Positions 39,165 to 53,466 of a stretch of 64,000 nucleotides of DNA are shown here, in pieces. Position numbers and translations under genes: made by a program. The DNA is from Okamejei kenojei (Eukaryota), in NCBI GenBank assembly GCA_035221665.1, contig CM069144.1, positions 27,962,001 to 28,026,000 of the forward strand, read 5' to 3'. The stretch's first letter is position 1; each line of letters opens with the position of its first letter. Under the pieces are notes generated by a model. It saw nothing but the letters and a program-made list of their open reading frames with translations, searched no databases and had not been told where the DNA came from.

Positions 39165-42100
39165 TCTGTGGATGAAGGGGGGCAAGGTGAGGAGTCTAAG
39201 GTGAGCAATCCAATGAAGTAATGAAAGACGGAAATAGCTAAATCAGAAATAGATATTGTTCCCAAAATGGGAGCAATGCCAACATTCTGCGATCATGAAA
39301 AAACTGAAACATAGTCAAGAATCTGAACCAAGACCAAAAATTATAATAAACACTAGAATGTGAAGTTTGTACCAGAGGTTGTTTTTAAACTAAACCTAAA
39401 AATTCCCCAAGCTAGGCCTATGTTACAGGAAGGATGTGATTGTATTAGCATCCGTTCGCTGGTGTGTCAGGTGATGTAGCTCTCTGTTGGTTTCTGTCGT
39501 CGTCCAACATGTTGATAGAATTGTCACCCGACGTGTCACAGAGTGCATCGCGTCGTCGCTTCCAGGAATCGCCACAAGGAGGCATCTGTCATGATCCCCA
39601 AATTGTATTAGCAAGGGTGCAGGAGAGAGTTGCAAGTATACTACCATGCAATGAGAATATTGGTTATTATATTAGGCTGCAGTTATTTACTTTGAAACAG
39701 GAAGATAAAGAGAGGTTGCATAAATTATTTCATCTTGTAATAAAGTCAACAATTAAGATACTGAGTTAAGATATTTGGTGGAAAGATTAGAGAGGGTTAT
39801 TTTTACTGGAAGATTTGTGACAATCTGGAACTTGATGACTGAAATGGCTGTGAAGGCAGAAGACACGGTTACATTCAAAGCAAAACACAAACTGCGAGAG
39901 ATACTCAGCAGACCAGGAAGCACCTGTGGAGGGAAATGGGCAGATGACATGAGACGTGAGACCCCTCTTCAGATACACATTCAAAATGTGCCTGATGAGT
40001 AATAGAAATGGAACATCTACAGATATATTGACCAAGATTGAGAAGTGAGTTTAGCCTTTTATATTGGCTGATTCTTGAATTATCAAGTCAAGTCAAGTCA
40101 CATTTATTTATATAACCCATTTAAAAAACAACTCTCGTTGACCAAAGTGCTTTACATTTGTTATAAGAGTAGTATACACAAGCAGGCTACATACATATAT
40201 ACAAATAGCCCTCACTCAGAGGACGTCAGGAAAGGCTTGGGAGAACAGATACGTTTTTAGACTAGACTTAAACGAGTCGATGGAGGGGGCAGTTCTAATG
40301 GGGAGGGGGATGCTGTTCCACAGTCTAGGAGCTGCAACTGCAAAGGTGCGGTCGCCCCTAGACTGCGGGACATCCAGCAACCCCAAGTGGGCCATATTAC
40401 ATCCTTTGTATCATAATTTTCTACATAAAGAGCACAAGCCTTGAACAAAGTTTGAGATTATATTCTAGACCAGACAGTGGAGTCAATGAAGCATAGAATC
40501 TCTCTGCACAGGTGGGACTATTGCCTCTCATTCGCCAGTTTATTTCTACACCACCTTTTTCCCTTTAACTATACAAATTACCGGTAGTCAATACCCAGTA
40601 TACATTCAATTGCCTGTTGAAAATTCTCATGCCTTCTGGCACCCATTCAGAAGGTGTATTCCATCATGTGATAAATATCTACCTCTTTTACCTTTTTGCA
40701 ATGTTTACATCTATGACCTTGGGTACTGAACCATCTGACTGGAAACAAATTCACTTTGCTTGTACTTTTGAAAACGCTTATAATTTTGAACACTTGAAAT
40801 TGCCTCAATCTTTCATGCTTTCTGGAAAATAATATAAATTGTTTCTATTTTTCCTCAAAACATTGTTTGGGAAGTATTTTAACAAATCTCTTCTGTCCCC
40901 TTTCAAAGGCTTTCGCAATGCCCAGCATGAGACCTTGTTCTAGCAGAGGACAAATCAATGACTTGGAAAGATTTAGCCAAATTTCCTAGTTTCACAAATA
41001 CAACTATTATATTCACTTTCCTAATTACCCTTATTAATGTGCGCAGGTGCCTTCAGAGATTCCTGAATGTGTAGCCATAGGTCCCTCTGCTCTTGCATTC
41101 CCCTTGTAATGATACCATTTGGCTTAAACCTCTTCTCTATGATCTACCTCTCAAAGTACATGGGGATTAAATTATCCGCTGTCTGTCTTTCTGTTAACAC
41201 CTTCCTCATAAGAAATGCATTGTCAGGTTCTTGCATCATTTTCCAACTTTAAAATTGTATGCCTGCAACCAAATCCAGAACATATACATTCAATATGAAC
41301 TAATAAAGTATATTCTATAATCATACACCACTCTTTTATATCTTCCATACCAAATATGATTGCTTTTTTTACAAATCCATCTTGGTTCTTCATTGCCCAT
41401 CTATTTTCTCTGAGTAGAAATTAATGTTGCCCTTGACATTACCCACGCTGACATTATCATAACTGGCTTGAGGTTACAAGGTTTATCCCTCCTTTTATCT
41501 TGAACTCAAATACACAATTATTTTACAAATGGAAATGGCTTTGAGGTAAGTGGAGTCTTCTAAGATTAATTACAACCATTAAGAAATAGAAAATAATGTT
41601 GAAACGTAAAAGAGCAAGTAAAGGGATAGCTTCTTGCATGGTAAAATCTGTAGCTAATGTCACTATTTACTACTAATCTGGCTGGCTTTAAAGAATAATC
41701 TGCATTTATTTTATCAACATATGAGCACCATAACACTTTGGTTCAGAATTACCTTTTTCTCCTTCTTAAGAGCAGCTATAGATGGATGATGAATGTTTCC
41801 TTGACCAGCAAAGACACCATCTCAAAAGTGCATTAATAAAATGTAGTTGTGAACCGATGTCAAGGAATTATTGGTTTCCTTGCCTCTGCACACCACAGTA
41901 TGGTCAGATGCAGCAAAGTTCAAATCTGGTGTCTTCCTACCTTTTATCATTCAGCTGCCATCTGAGGAACTTCACCAAGCTAATACAAGACAGGGAACCA
42001 TGCCAATTCAATCTCATTAGAAGCCCTCCCATTTGAATTTCTTATGAAAAAGAGGATGTTTTATCTATTAAAACAGTTCTATTGGGTGTCTGATCAACTA

Positions 42101-42694
42101 TTACCCTGTGTAGAGAGGGTCTTAAATATTGGAAAATGTTATAAATGGATCTTGCATATTCAAGCCAGTTTCAGAGGGTTTTGCTTATTGGTATTTCAGG
42201 GAGGAATTCTTATCCATGGTACTAGTTTGATGCCAGGATATGTAATTTCATGTCAAACATTTTGAAATGTTTCTAAATCATAAACTGCACGAAGATAGTT
42301 TGGAAAGCAGTTGTGGAGGCATTTCTATTGGCCTCTCCATGATAAGATGTTTTGAATAAGAAGTTTGACGGTGGAAACACTTCCCCCAAAAGTTTTAATC
42401 ACTGAGCTCTAAATAAACTTTTTGCACAAAGCTTCTTTCAATGACACCAGCAGAGAATGCACCTAAATAAATACATATCTTACTTGACTCCACTACTTTC
42501 AATACAGGATTCCATTGAGAGAGCTTTATTCCTGTGGAATAATATACATTAGACTTATACAATTTATTGCTATATTACTGACATTTTAAACTAATGCACC
42601 TTAATTTGAGTTGATTGTTGTACTATTAGCTACTGTAGTTTTATTTTAAATATAGTAAAAATGCGCTGTATTATCATCAGAATTGAGAACATAC

Positions 42695-42955
42695 CTTTTT
42701 TACAATGGAGTAATCCCCTGAGAGGTTTCTGGGACGAATGCAGCAGGATAATAGATCTTTTTTTTTATAAACCCATCTACAAATATGCATAAGTGGAATT
42801 TTATAAAAAAATCTGGTGTAGCCCATGAACAATAACAGGCGGGGAGCTGATCAGTCTTAGTCAGCTGCACTTATAAGTATCTCTAATGACAGCCATCAAA
42901 TATTCCCCATACACCACCCACAAAGTTGGTCTGGGCTGGGGCTGGGGCTGGGCAG
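42695..42955 (-). promoter_or_regulatory. Candidate AIRE promoter and short non-coding first exon
   Basis: On the minus strand: GC-box-like (GGGCTG)n at ~42932-42952, TATAAAA at 42769-42763, an ATG-free ~46-nt segment, then the strong donor AAAAG|gtatgt at 42695. A matching acceptor lies just before the AIRE ATG. Confidence 0.45.
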
Positions 42956-43158
42956 AACTGGAGAGTCAGGTGGTCTTTTTAAACTGTGAATCTAGTTAAC
43001 ATCATACACAAATCTGTTTGGCTTCTATTTAGGTGCACCCACATTGACCATTAACCTGTGTCCTTTAAATGGCACCCAATCTCTTGGAAACACACCCTGG
43101 AGGAGGAAATAAACCACTCAACTTGAGCACCATTGTTTAAATGGAAGGGTGATTATCA

Positions 43159-43828
43159 ACTTCATAGCAAAAGGATTTGAGTACAAGAGCTTCATAGCAT
43201 AAGGATTTGAGTACAAGAGCAGGGAGGTTCTACTGCAGTTGTACAGGGTCTTGGTGAGGTCACATCTGGAGTATTGCGTACAGTTTTGGTCTCCTAATCT
43301 GAGGAAAGACATTCTTGCCATAGAGTACAGAGAAGGTTCACCAGACTGATTCCTGGGATGGCAGGACTTCCATATGAAGAAAGACTGGATAGACTCGGCT
43401 TGTACTCGCTGGAATTTAGGAGATTGAGGGGGGATCTTATAGAGGCTTACAACATTCTTAAGGGGTTGGACAGGCTAGATGCAGGAAGATTGTTCCCGAT
43501 GTTGAGGAACTCCAGAACAAGGGGTCACAGTTTAAGGATAAGGGGGAAGTCTTTTAGGACCGAGATGAGAAGAACTTTTTTCACACAGAGAGTGGTGAGT
43601 CTGTGGAATTCTCTCCCACAGAAGGTAGTTGAGGCCAGTTCATTGGCTATATTTAAGAGGGAGTTAGATGTGACCCTTGTGGCTAAAGGGATCAGGGGGT
43701 ATGGAGAGAAGGCAGGTACAGGATACAGAGTTGGATGATCAGCCATGATCATATTGAATGGCGGTGCAGGCTCGAAGGGCCGAATGGCCTACTCCTGCAC
43801 CTATTTTCTATGATTCTATGATTCTATG
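43159..43828 (+). mobile_element. Young 5'-truncated CR1 with a 30-bp tandem duplication at its 5' junction
   Basis: ORF 43358-43738 encodes the CR1 ORF2 C-terminus; (ATTCTATG)n tail; CTTCATAGCA(A/T)AAGGATTTGAGTACAAGAG occurs twice. Confidence 0.9.
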
Positions 43829-44274
43829 TCTTTAAAATGACTGAATCATATTTTTATTTGATGTCACATGAATGCTTGAAATTCAAATGAGTTTTTAAAC
43901 AATTTTGTGATGTGGACACGATTTTGTGATGTGCAAGCCCCACATTTATTTCCCATTCTTAATTATTCTTAAGATGGTAATGCTGAGCCACATTATATAA
44001 CACTAACTGCATGTGTGGCAAACATTAATTTACTGTCCTTTTGGGGGGGGGGGGGGGGTGGATCTAGGATTTTGTCCCAGTAAGATTGAGGGACCTGGAA
44101 TATATTTCCAAAACAGGATGGAGTGTTCTGGATATCATATTCTTTATTCCATGGAAGCCAATTCTTGACATATCTCACTGTGCTTAAACTGGGGTTCTGT
44201 CCTCATAATTTATTTTGTTTTATCTGTAGATTTTTTTTGTAGATCGATTTAAAAAAATCTGTAAAATCAGAAAT

Positions 44275-44699
44275 GGAAAAATTTCCACAAACATGCAATG
44301 GTACTGTTGAGAGATAAATGCTGAGGGCAAGATGCCAGGGAACTGTTGGCTATAATTTCCATACTGGGAGACTGAGCTGCAATGTCAGTCTGCTGCTGGG
44401 GTAGCAAGTTGATAAACTCCCCCCAACTTATTTGGTTACACACTATTATGGTTACACACTAAATAACTCTTACACTTAAGTGTGAGAGTTATTTAGTGTG
44501 TAACCATATCACCTTTCAGACTACAGGGTAAAAGTTACTCACTGTGATGTGCTACTTAAAATAAACCTGAATATTATTTCAGGAAATTTTCCAAAACTTT
44601 GTGCATTGCTAATTCCAGAGGGATTTTGTTTAATCATTAACATGATCTGTGCAAATGCCAGGGTTCTATGCATACTAATTGTTTGAGTGGGGAACTTCC
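44275..44699. promoter_or_regulatory. Cluster of NF-kB/Rel-like sites upstream of AIRE (candidate enhancer)
   Basis: GGGGAACTTCC at 44689-44699 contains a match to GGGRNNYYCC; GGAAATTTTCC at 44582-44592; GGAAAAATTTCC at 44275-44286; all in sequence not recognisable as repeat. Confidence 0.4.
44447..44508. repeat. 62-bp near-perfect palindrome
   Basis: TATGGTTACACACTAAATAACTCTTACACTTAAGTGTGAGAGTTATTTAGTGTGTAACCATA; one mismatched pair, no loop. Confidence 0.93.
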
Positions 44700-44879
44700 A
44701 ACTGTCAGCTGCACCCAGTGTTAATTTAGATCCATTCTGACAAGGTTTCGGATCTCACATAGAATGGTTTTCACTTTTTCAACATCAGCAGGCAAGATAG
44801 TTCAGATATTGGAAGATATGTTTTTTAGATTTCAATGACATTATTCAGTGTGTTATAATAAATCCATTTAAAGAAATAC

Positions 44880-46740
44880 TCCTTGATTGCAGATCTGCAG
44901 GGATCAGTCCCAAATCATTTAGGGGAACAGTCAGGAGATTCTGTGTCAAGCGACACTCAAGGATGGTATGTTGCTTCCCGTTGCCAGGGTCGAGGACATC
45001 TCAGTTGCAGAGTATTCTCAAGCTGGCATGTGAACAGCCAGAGGTTGTTGTACACATTGGTACAAACAACATAGGTAGAATAAGTGATGGTAACTTTTAG
45101 AGTGAATATTGGAAGTAGGCAAAAGGTTAGAAAGCATGACCTCAAGGATTGACATTTCTGGATTAGTACCGGTGCAGTGCACTGGTGAGAGTAGAAATGG
45201 GTGGCTAGGGCAAATGAATGCATGGCTGAAGAGCTGGTGCAAGCAGGAGGGATTTAGGTTCTTGGACCATTGGAGCAGTACGATACGATCCGATACAATA
45301 CGATAAAACTTTATTCATCCCCAGAGCGAAATAAATCTGCCAACGTTCACAACACACAAGGCAAACAAAAAACCTGAAATTAAAAGTGAAAAAAAAAGAC
45401 AACGACTGTAGGCTGGCTGCCGTGGGCGCAGCTGCCCTTCACCGGACAAACAAACAGAAACTTATCCCCTGGGCAGAGGATTCTAAACTAGAGTGACCCC
45501 CCCCCCCCCCCCCCCCACCCTTTGTTCTCCCCACCGTCCCTCACGGCTGTTCCCCCACGTCAGGCCCCCCATTGTTCTTCATGGCGGTCCGACTCCCCCC
45601 CCCACGCCGGGGTCCCCATTGTCTTCCCCTCCCCCTCTCATGCTCATCGAGTCTGATAACGGGAGTCGATTGGCTAACAAAAAAAATCGATTGCCCCCGT
45701 TTTGAATCACCGCCGCGCGAGGTTCCCGTCACCTCCCGTAGAAAAAGGAATAGGTGCACCTGAAATGGGAGAGAGGCCATATCCTACAGGGCGAAATGCT
45801 GGACAACTCGGAAGGTTGTTTAATCTAGTTGGTGTTGGGTGGGGGTGGGGTGGAGGTATGGAAAGAGAGGAGATTGTAAACTTCTAGTGTAGTATTTGAG
45901 AAAGTAGTGAAACAAATATAGAATTTAAAGCAAGCATTTATTTTAATGCAAGAGGCCTGATAGGTAAGGCAGATGAACTCAGGTCATCTCAGGCACATGG
46001 GATTGTGGTACTATAACTATTACAGAAACATGGTTGAGGGATGGGAAGGACGAGCAGCTCAATGTTTCAGGGTACAGATGCTACAGATATGATGTAGGTG
46101 GAGGTAACAGAAGGGGTGGGATTGCAACATTGATGATGGAGAATATCTCAGCAATATTTATGCCTGAGGGAACATCCAGAGAACTACATGGGTGGAGCTT
46201 ATATGTAAGACTGGTGTAGTCAGATTGTTGCAATTGTACTATAGGCCCTCAATATTAAGGGTTGTAAAAGTACGTCATTTTAATTTCCCTTATATGCTAT
46301 GGTGTTATGATGCTAAGGGAATAGATAGGGCATCATTTGTTAAATATGTCAAGGAATGTTTTCTCAAGCAATATGTAGATGATCTACTAGGGAAGGGGCT
46401 ACACTGAATCTCCTGTCAGGAATTAAGGCTGGGCTGATATTCAGTGGGGGAGAATTTTGGCACCAATGACCATAATTCTAGTAGGTTTTAAATAGTTATG
46501 GAAAAGAATACGTGTCCACAGGTTAAAGTTCATCTAAATTATGGAAAGGCTAATTTTGATGGCATTACACAGGAACTGGTAAAGGGGAGTTGAAAGAGGC
46601 AGTAAGTAAGTAAAAGAATATCTGGCAAATGGGAAGTTTTTTATGGTGAAATACGGGGTGTTCAGGCCCAACGTATACCTGTAGAATGAAGGGAAAGGCT
46701 TGCAGTATTGGAAAACTATGGTTGAAGTGAGATATTGAGT
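44880..46740 (+). mobile_element. Older CR1 (ORF1 esterase and ORF2 APE remnants); continues at ~55360-57140
   Basis: Degenerate esterase (ISGLVPV) and APE (ETW, GYR..R.D) motifs; collinear RT and 3' UTR fragments resume after the nested insertions. Confidence 0.7.
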
Positions 46741-47301
46741 AGAGAGAGTCATGGAGTGATACAGTGTGGAAACAGGCCCTTCGGCCCAATTCGCCCACAC
46801 CGGCCAACAATGTCCCAGCTACACTAGTCCCACTTGCCTGCACTTAGCCCAAATCACTCCAAACCTGTCCTATCCATGTACCTGTCTAACTGTTTCTTAA
46901 ACGATGGGATAGTCCCAGCCTCAACTACCTCCTCTGGCAGCTTGCTCCATTCACCCACCACCATTTCTGTGAAAAAGTTACCCCTCGGATTCCTATTAAA
47001 TCTTTTATCCTTCACCTTGAACCTGTGTCCTCTGGTCCTCGATTCCACTACTCTGGGCAAAAGACTATGTGTATCTACCCAATCTATTTCTCTCATGATC
47101 TTATACACCTCTATAAGATCACCCCTTATCCTCCTACTCTCCATGGAATAGAGACCCAGCCTACTCAACCTCTCCCTATAGCTCACACCCTATAGTCCTG
47201 GCAACATCCTTGTAAATCTTTTCTGGACCCTTTCAAGCTTGCCAATATCTTTCTTTTAACATAGTGGCCAGAACTAAACACAATATTCAAAATGCGGTCA
47301 C

Positions 47302-50300
47302 GACTTCCGGTGGTGCCATGTTATCTTAACAGACGCTGCACATAGCTCCACTCCCTAAAATTCGCAATTTTTCGCATTAAAACCGGGGCTACAGGTCGGG
47401 ACCGATTTAAAAAACTTACCGGAGCCTCTGGACGTCGTGCTGATGACATCATCAGTAAGCGCTGTGAATTTAACGGAGGCTTAAAGCACTTTAAATGAAA
47501 AATTCTTCCCCTGGTAAGAGAACAGTTACAAAACACTCCCAGGGAAGCCAGACGAAGCCTGAAGAACTTATTTTGAATTGGCTTCTGAAGAAAAGGTTCT
47601 TTTCGATATGGCTACAAGATCTAAAACAGATTTGGCCAAGGACAAAGAATTTGAGGAATTAAAGCTTTCGGTAAATGAACTGAAAGATGTAAAGGTGGAT
47701 GGAAAAAAGATGGAACACATGATGGGAGTGATGATGGAAAAGATAGAAAAGTTGACGCTAAATATGACTTCCTGTAATCAGAATGTTATTGAGTCTGTGA
47801 AGGATTCGATTGGCACTATTAATAAATGAATTGACGATGTGAGAGATGAACTATCGGAGAGAATTGATAAAGGTGAAGAAGACACCGCAAAGAGGTTTGG
47901 CGCTGTGCTGGACACTGTATCAACCTGTATGTTAACAATGCACGAGATGGAGGATGAGATGGCAAGAATGGTGGAGGAGATGAAGAAGGTGAGGTCAGAA
48001 CAAGACCTTGCTACATGACGGATGGCGACTCAGCTGGCTAAAGTTTCAGACAACTGTCTGGATCCCGAGGCTCATTCGAGACGTCATAACCTAAGAGTAC
48101 CAGATGAGCCGAGAGAGATAACATTTGCGAGTTCGCTGCGGGATTAATTAAAGAAGCTCTTAAGCTCCCTAACCTACCAAAGATTGAAGTAGCACACCGA
48201 GTTCCAAGATTCAAACACAAATCTCAGGATGGCTCAGAACATACACGACAGATTATTGTGAAATTCCGGGACATTGCTGACGTGGAAGAGGTTATGAGGA
48301 ATATCAAATATAGTGTGCCTCTGATGTATGGTGTAACTACTTTTAAAATCTTCAGGGACTATCCTTATGAAATTATGCAAAAGCAAAATCAGTTCTCTAA
48401 GGCAAAGCAGGCTCTCCAAGGATATAAGGAGGTCAGATATGGTGTTTACTATCCAGCTAGAATGCGCATCACCTACAAGGCACAACAAAAATAATTCACA
48501 AATCCCGAGGAGGCATACAAATATGCTCTAACCATCGTGGAACAGAAGGACTAGCTGGAAAGGTTGGACATTTTGGACGCTCTCTCTCTTTACTATTGCA
48601 CCCAGAATGGTGGCGTACTGCCAAAAGAAGGAACTTTGTCCAGACGTCTTATCGGCGGAATGCTAACTCAAGGACATACTCTGTTCCAAGAGAAGCTGGA
48701 AAAAAATAACCACCGAAAAGAAGAGCTCATTAACAGACTGTGGGCTTAGCTATTACTGTTGTATATGAGATCTAATGAATAACCTAAATGGAATAGAATT
48801 AACATCCTTAACAATATTAATATAGAATATTAACATAGAAATAGTAATGAATGCTAATCAGAAATGCAGAAATGTGGATTTTCAAATTAACATTTTAATT
48901 TAACCTAATAATACTCAAGTAGATTTATAACCGGGGCGTGAGGGGCAGAGGCTGGCGCCTGGCTCAGTTCCAGGAGCCAGAAATAGGTTAGCCCCTTCAA
49001 CCAACAGATACAGTTCCAGTATGTTATGATTAATCGAGGGAGTGGAGCTATTTGTTTATTTTATACCGACAACGGAAGTCAATAAAATGATTTTTCCCAC
49101 CTGCAGGTGGGTCACTTGTTACAGTGCCGACAAGCTTGGACACTGTCTTTTCACTTGTATTAGTTTTTTAAAAATCATTTTCACAGTCACATGTGTTGTT
49201 TTTTTTAATTCAAGGACTATCGCAAAGGGAATCTACTAACTGAACTTTGCAGGGTAAATGATCCCCCTATATCTAAAGACCTGAGGTACGAATGCACTGC
49301 AAGACACACGGGTATTAAATCTATTCAAAATGCAAGACGATAACCAAAATAAACTGGGAGGAATCTCATTTTGTAGTTGGAACGTTAGGGGTGTTAACGA
49401 CGCATTAAAAGGGGTAAGATTCTAGCTCAGCTGAAAGCGTACAACACAGATATTGCCTTCTTACAAGAGACCCATCTTAAACTTCAAGACCAAGCTAAAT
49501 TGAGGGCGATCTGGACAGGACAAACTTTTCACTCGTCATACTCGTCGAAATCTAGAGGAACGTCTATTATTATTCGCAAAGGCATTCCATTTAAACCCAA
49601 AACTACCTTAACAGATAAGGACGGGAGATATTTGATAGTTACCGGAGAGATCCATGCTGCCCCAGTTACCTTGGTAAACATATATGCGCCCAACTTTGAC
49701 AACCCGCACTTTTTCAATAACATCTTGAATATAATTGCAGAATATAACTACCAAAATGTCATAATCGGCGGGGACTTTAACTGTGTTTTAGACACTTAGA
49801 TAAATCCAATCAAAAACAGAGAGGTATTACGAAATCCAAAACTAGCGAGCTTCTAAACATATATATAAAAAACACAAACATAACAGATGTCTGGAGGATT
49901 GCAAATCCGACCGGCAGGGATTACTCGTTCTATTCTATGGTACACAAGACATATTCACAAATAGATTATTTCCTGGTGGATACAAAACTAATACCCCACA
50001 CTTCTAAACCAAAATACCACATAAAAATACGATCTCAGATCTCCCCAATAACTTTTTTTCTAAAAATGGAAGGAATGACTAAGAACAAACCGTTTTGGAG
50101 ATACAATCCACAAAATTTAAAAGACCTTCAAGGGAGTATATATTTAAAAGAGCAAATGGACCTTTTTTTCGAAATAAATGACACGCCAGACATATCACCT
50201 ACACTATTATGGGAACCTTTTAAAGCATTTATTCGAGGCGTGATAATTTCATACCAAGCTTTTCAAAATAAGAAAAATAATAATGAACAAAGACAGTTAG

Positions 50301-53300
50301 AAGAACAAATTGGACAACTGGACATAGAAAATGCTAAAGACCCCACTACGGATAAACATAATAGAATAATAATACTGAAATTCAAATTAAATAAATTATT
50401 ATCTGAGAAAGTCATAAGATTATTACAAATTACAAGACAGGAACACTTGGAATTTGGGGATAAGCCCCACAACTTCTGGCACGTCAGTTAAAAAAACGAG
50501 AAAAGGATCACACAATTTTAAAGATTAAATCAGACAAAGGGGAAATATTGACCTTGGGCCGAGTGATATTAATAAAAAGATTTGCACAATTTTACGAGAA
50601 TCTGTATACATCTAAAACGATAATGGACACCAACAAAGTTACAGAGTTCTTGGATAATTGTAACCTTCCTAAATTAGAGTTGCAGGAACAAGAGGAATTG
50701 GGAGCACAAATCTCAAATAAGGAAATTGAAGAAGAAACAATAAACTCATTAAAAAATGGAAAAACACCAGATCCCGACGGATTTAGTAATGAATTCTATA
50801 AAAGTTTTTATGACATATTTACTCCTCGCCTACAGAAAATGTATACTTATGCCTTCAAAGAACAAATACTACCTGAAACACTAGCAGAATCCACGATCAC
50901 ACTAATATTTAAGAAAGATAAAGATGTGGAAGCACCTGGATCATACAGAGCTATTGCTTTGTTAAACACAGATCAAAAAATATTATCGAATATACTAGCT
51001 AGAAGACTAAGTAAATATGCTAGTAAATTAATACATCCGGATCAAACGGGGTTTATCCCTAAAAGACAATCATTTAATAATTTGAGATGTCTGCTCAATA
51101 TAATTCATTCACACCAAACAAGATCAAAAACTATCAATCATATCGTTGGATGCAGAGAAAGCATTCGATCAGGTCGAATGGGAATATATGGTCAGGGTAT
51201 TGCAAGAATTTCAACTGCGAGAGAATTTTATTCTATGGATTAAATTAATATATAATAAGTCAACGGGCAGAATATTAACTAACTAATTTATCTGCGAAAT
51301 TTCAATTGTCAAGGGGTAATAGACAAGGATGTTCATTATCACCGTTGTTATTTGCTCTCATAATTGAACCCCTAGCGGAAAGATTTGGAACTCATCCGAA
51401 TATCCATGGATATAAAAAAAAATATTCCAACAATAAAATATCATTATATGCTGACGATGTACTATTGTACATCACAAAACCTCATATTACTATACCAAAT
51501 ATTTTAAAATTAACAGAGGATTTCGGATCATTCTCAGGATATAGAATAAATTGGAATAAAAGTGAAATCATGACAATAAAACCGAAAGACTATGCATCTT
51601 TTACTGTTTCCTTTCAAAATAGCTACGGCAAAATTTAAATACATGGGCATCGAAATTACTAGAAGATATCAAGATATGTTTGACTAAATTTATAACCCTC
51701 TACTTAAGAAACTATATAACTTGATTAAATTTTCGAAAACGTTTCTGATGTCCTTAATAGGACGAATAAATGCCATAAAAATGATTTTTCTACCACAAAT
51801 TTTAAACCTGTTCCAATCGATTCCAATATACTTACCCAAAAAGTTTTTTTAAAAACTGGACTCGGATATCACAAATTTTATTTGGGATTATAAATCCCAC
51901 AGAATACAAAGAGCTCATCTGAATAAACCCAAAGTAGTAGGGGGATTAGCACTCCCCAACTTTATGTATTACTACTGATCTGTAAATATCAGAAACATGA
52001 TCCAATTGCTGGATAACTCTCCCCAGCAACCGGATTGGACGATTATGGAGAATGAGGATTGCTCTCCTTATAATATTGGGAGCAATCCTTCTCTCTCCAA
52101 CATCGATGTAATAATACAAATTTACAACAATAATCCAATTATATACAGTACAATTAGAATTGGGAAACAAATAAAACACAATTTAAAATTAAGAAATTTA
52201 TCTCTCTTATCTCCTATCGGTAAAACCCCTCATTTAACCTTCAACTATACATAAAAGCATTTATACAATGGGAAAGAGCTGGAATTAAAATCTTCGGAGA
52301 TGTGTATGAATTGGGAAAAACTATTAATCATCTAAACAAATTCAACTAAAATACAATTTGGGAAACAATCAGTATTTTAAATATTTCCAAATCTGTGACT
52401 ATTCTGAAAAAATACACACAAGACTATCACAATATGCCCAAGCACGATCCAGACTTACTGGAAGAAGTAATTGAATACAAAGGCAGAATCAGCAAACCTA
52501 ATATATATATATAATATTATTCTAAATGCAGAAAATACCAACAACAACAGAAGGTATCAGGAGAGACTGGGAAAAATAATTAAGTATACAAATTCCCAAA
52601 GAAAGGTGGGAAGAATAATTATTAAATGTGCATAAATGTTCAATTAATGTAAGGCACACCTTAATACAATTTAAAATCTTACCAGATTATACTATTCACC
52701 AAACTAAATAAGTAACTTTTTCCCACGTCTCACCTATATGTGATAAAATGTACAATTCAAGAAGCTAATATAGTGCACTCATTTGTCTTTTGTACAAAAA
52801 TTCAAACATTTTGGACTGAAATGTTTGAAATTTTAACAAAAATATTTAAAATAAAACTGACTCCAAAAGCAGACTGGATTATCTTTGGGATATCGGAAAG
52901 ATAGGCCCTGAATAAATTGTGTTTCAAAAGACTATTTGAATATGGCTTAATAACTGGGAAAAAAAACAATCTTAATATTCTGGAAAAATACTCTTATACC
53001 AACAGTTAATATGTGGATTTCAACTATGTTCGAAACACTACACTTGGAAGATATGAGTCTCCGACTAGCAGGAAAATCAGACTGTTTCTATAAGACGTGG
53101 CCTGCATTTATAAATCTACTGCAAGGATAAGGTGCAAGAATACCTCAAAAAAGTACCGGTGTTGGGTATTGGTAAAGGGGGAAGAAAAACTGTCGAGTTG
53201 GTAGATTCCTTTTGCAAGATGTTTATAATAAAGTAACTGGCTTTTCTTCTTTCTTTCTCTTTCTTTCCCTTTTTCTTTTTTTTTTCTCCTCTCCAGGGTC

Positions 53301-53466
53301 TATCTCTTAATCTCTCCGGTCTCTAACTCTTCAAGGGTTTCCTTTCCCTCTGTCACGCCTTAAAAAATTCAAGGGGTACAATGACTGTAATACAATATAA
53401 GGGATGTACACTGATGTAACTTACGGTACCTCTAATAAATAAAGATATTAAATTTTTATTTTTTTT
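47302..53466 (+). mobile_element. Full-length L1/Tx1-like LINE with 12-bp target-site duplication
   Basis: TSD AAATGCGGTCAC at 47290-47301 and 53467-53478; 5' GACTTCCGG; coiled-coil ORF1 remnants (~47608-48554); ORF2 APE (GGDFN, IDYFL) and RT (QGCSLSP, YADD) remnants; AATAAA near 53434. Confidence 0.92.
49330..53130 (+). pseudogene. L1 ORF2 (APE endonuclease + reverse transcriptase), disrupted
   Basis: Frameshifted fragments: VNIYAPN..GGDFN, KTPDPDGF..EFY, YRAIALLNTDQKIL, RQGCSLSPLLF, LYADDVLL. Confidence 0.88.
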
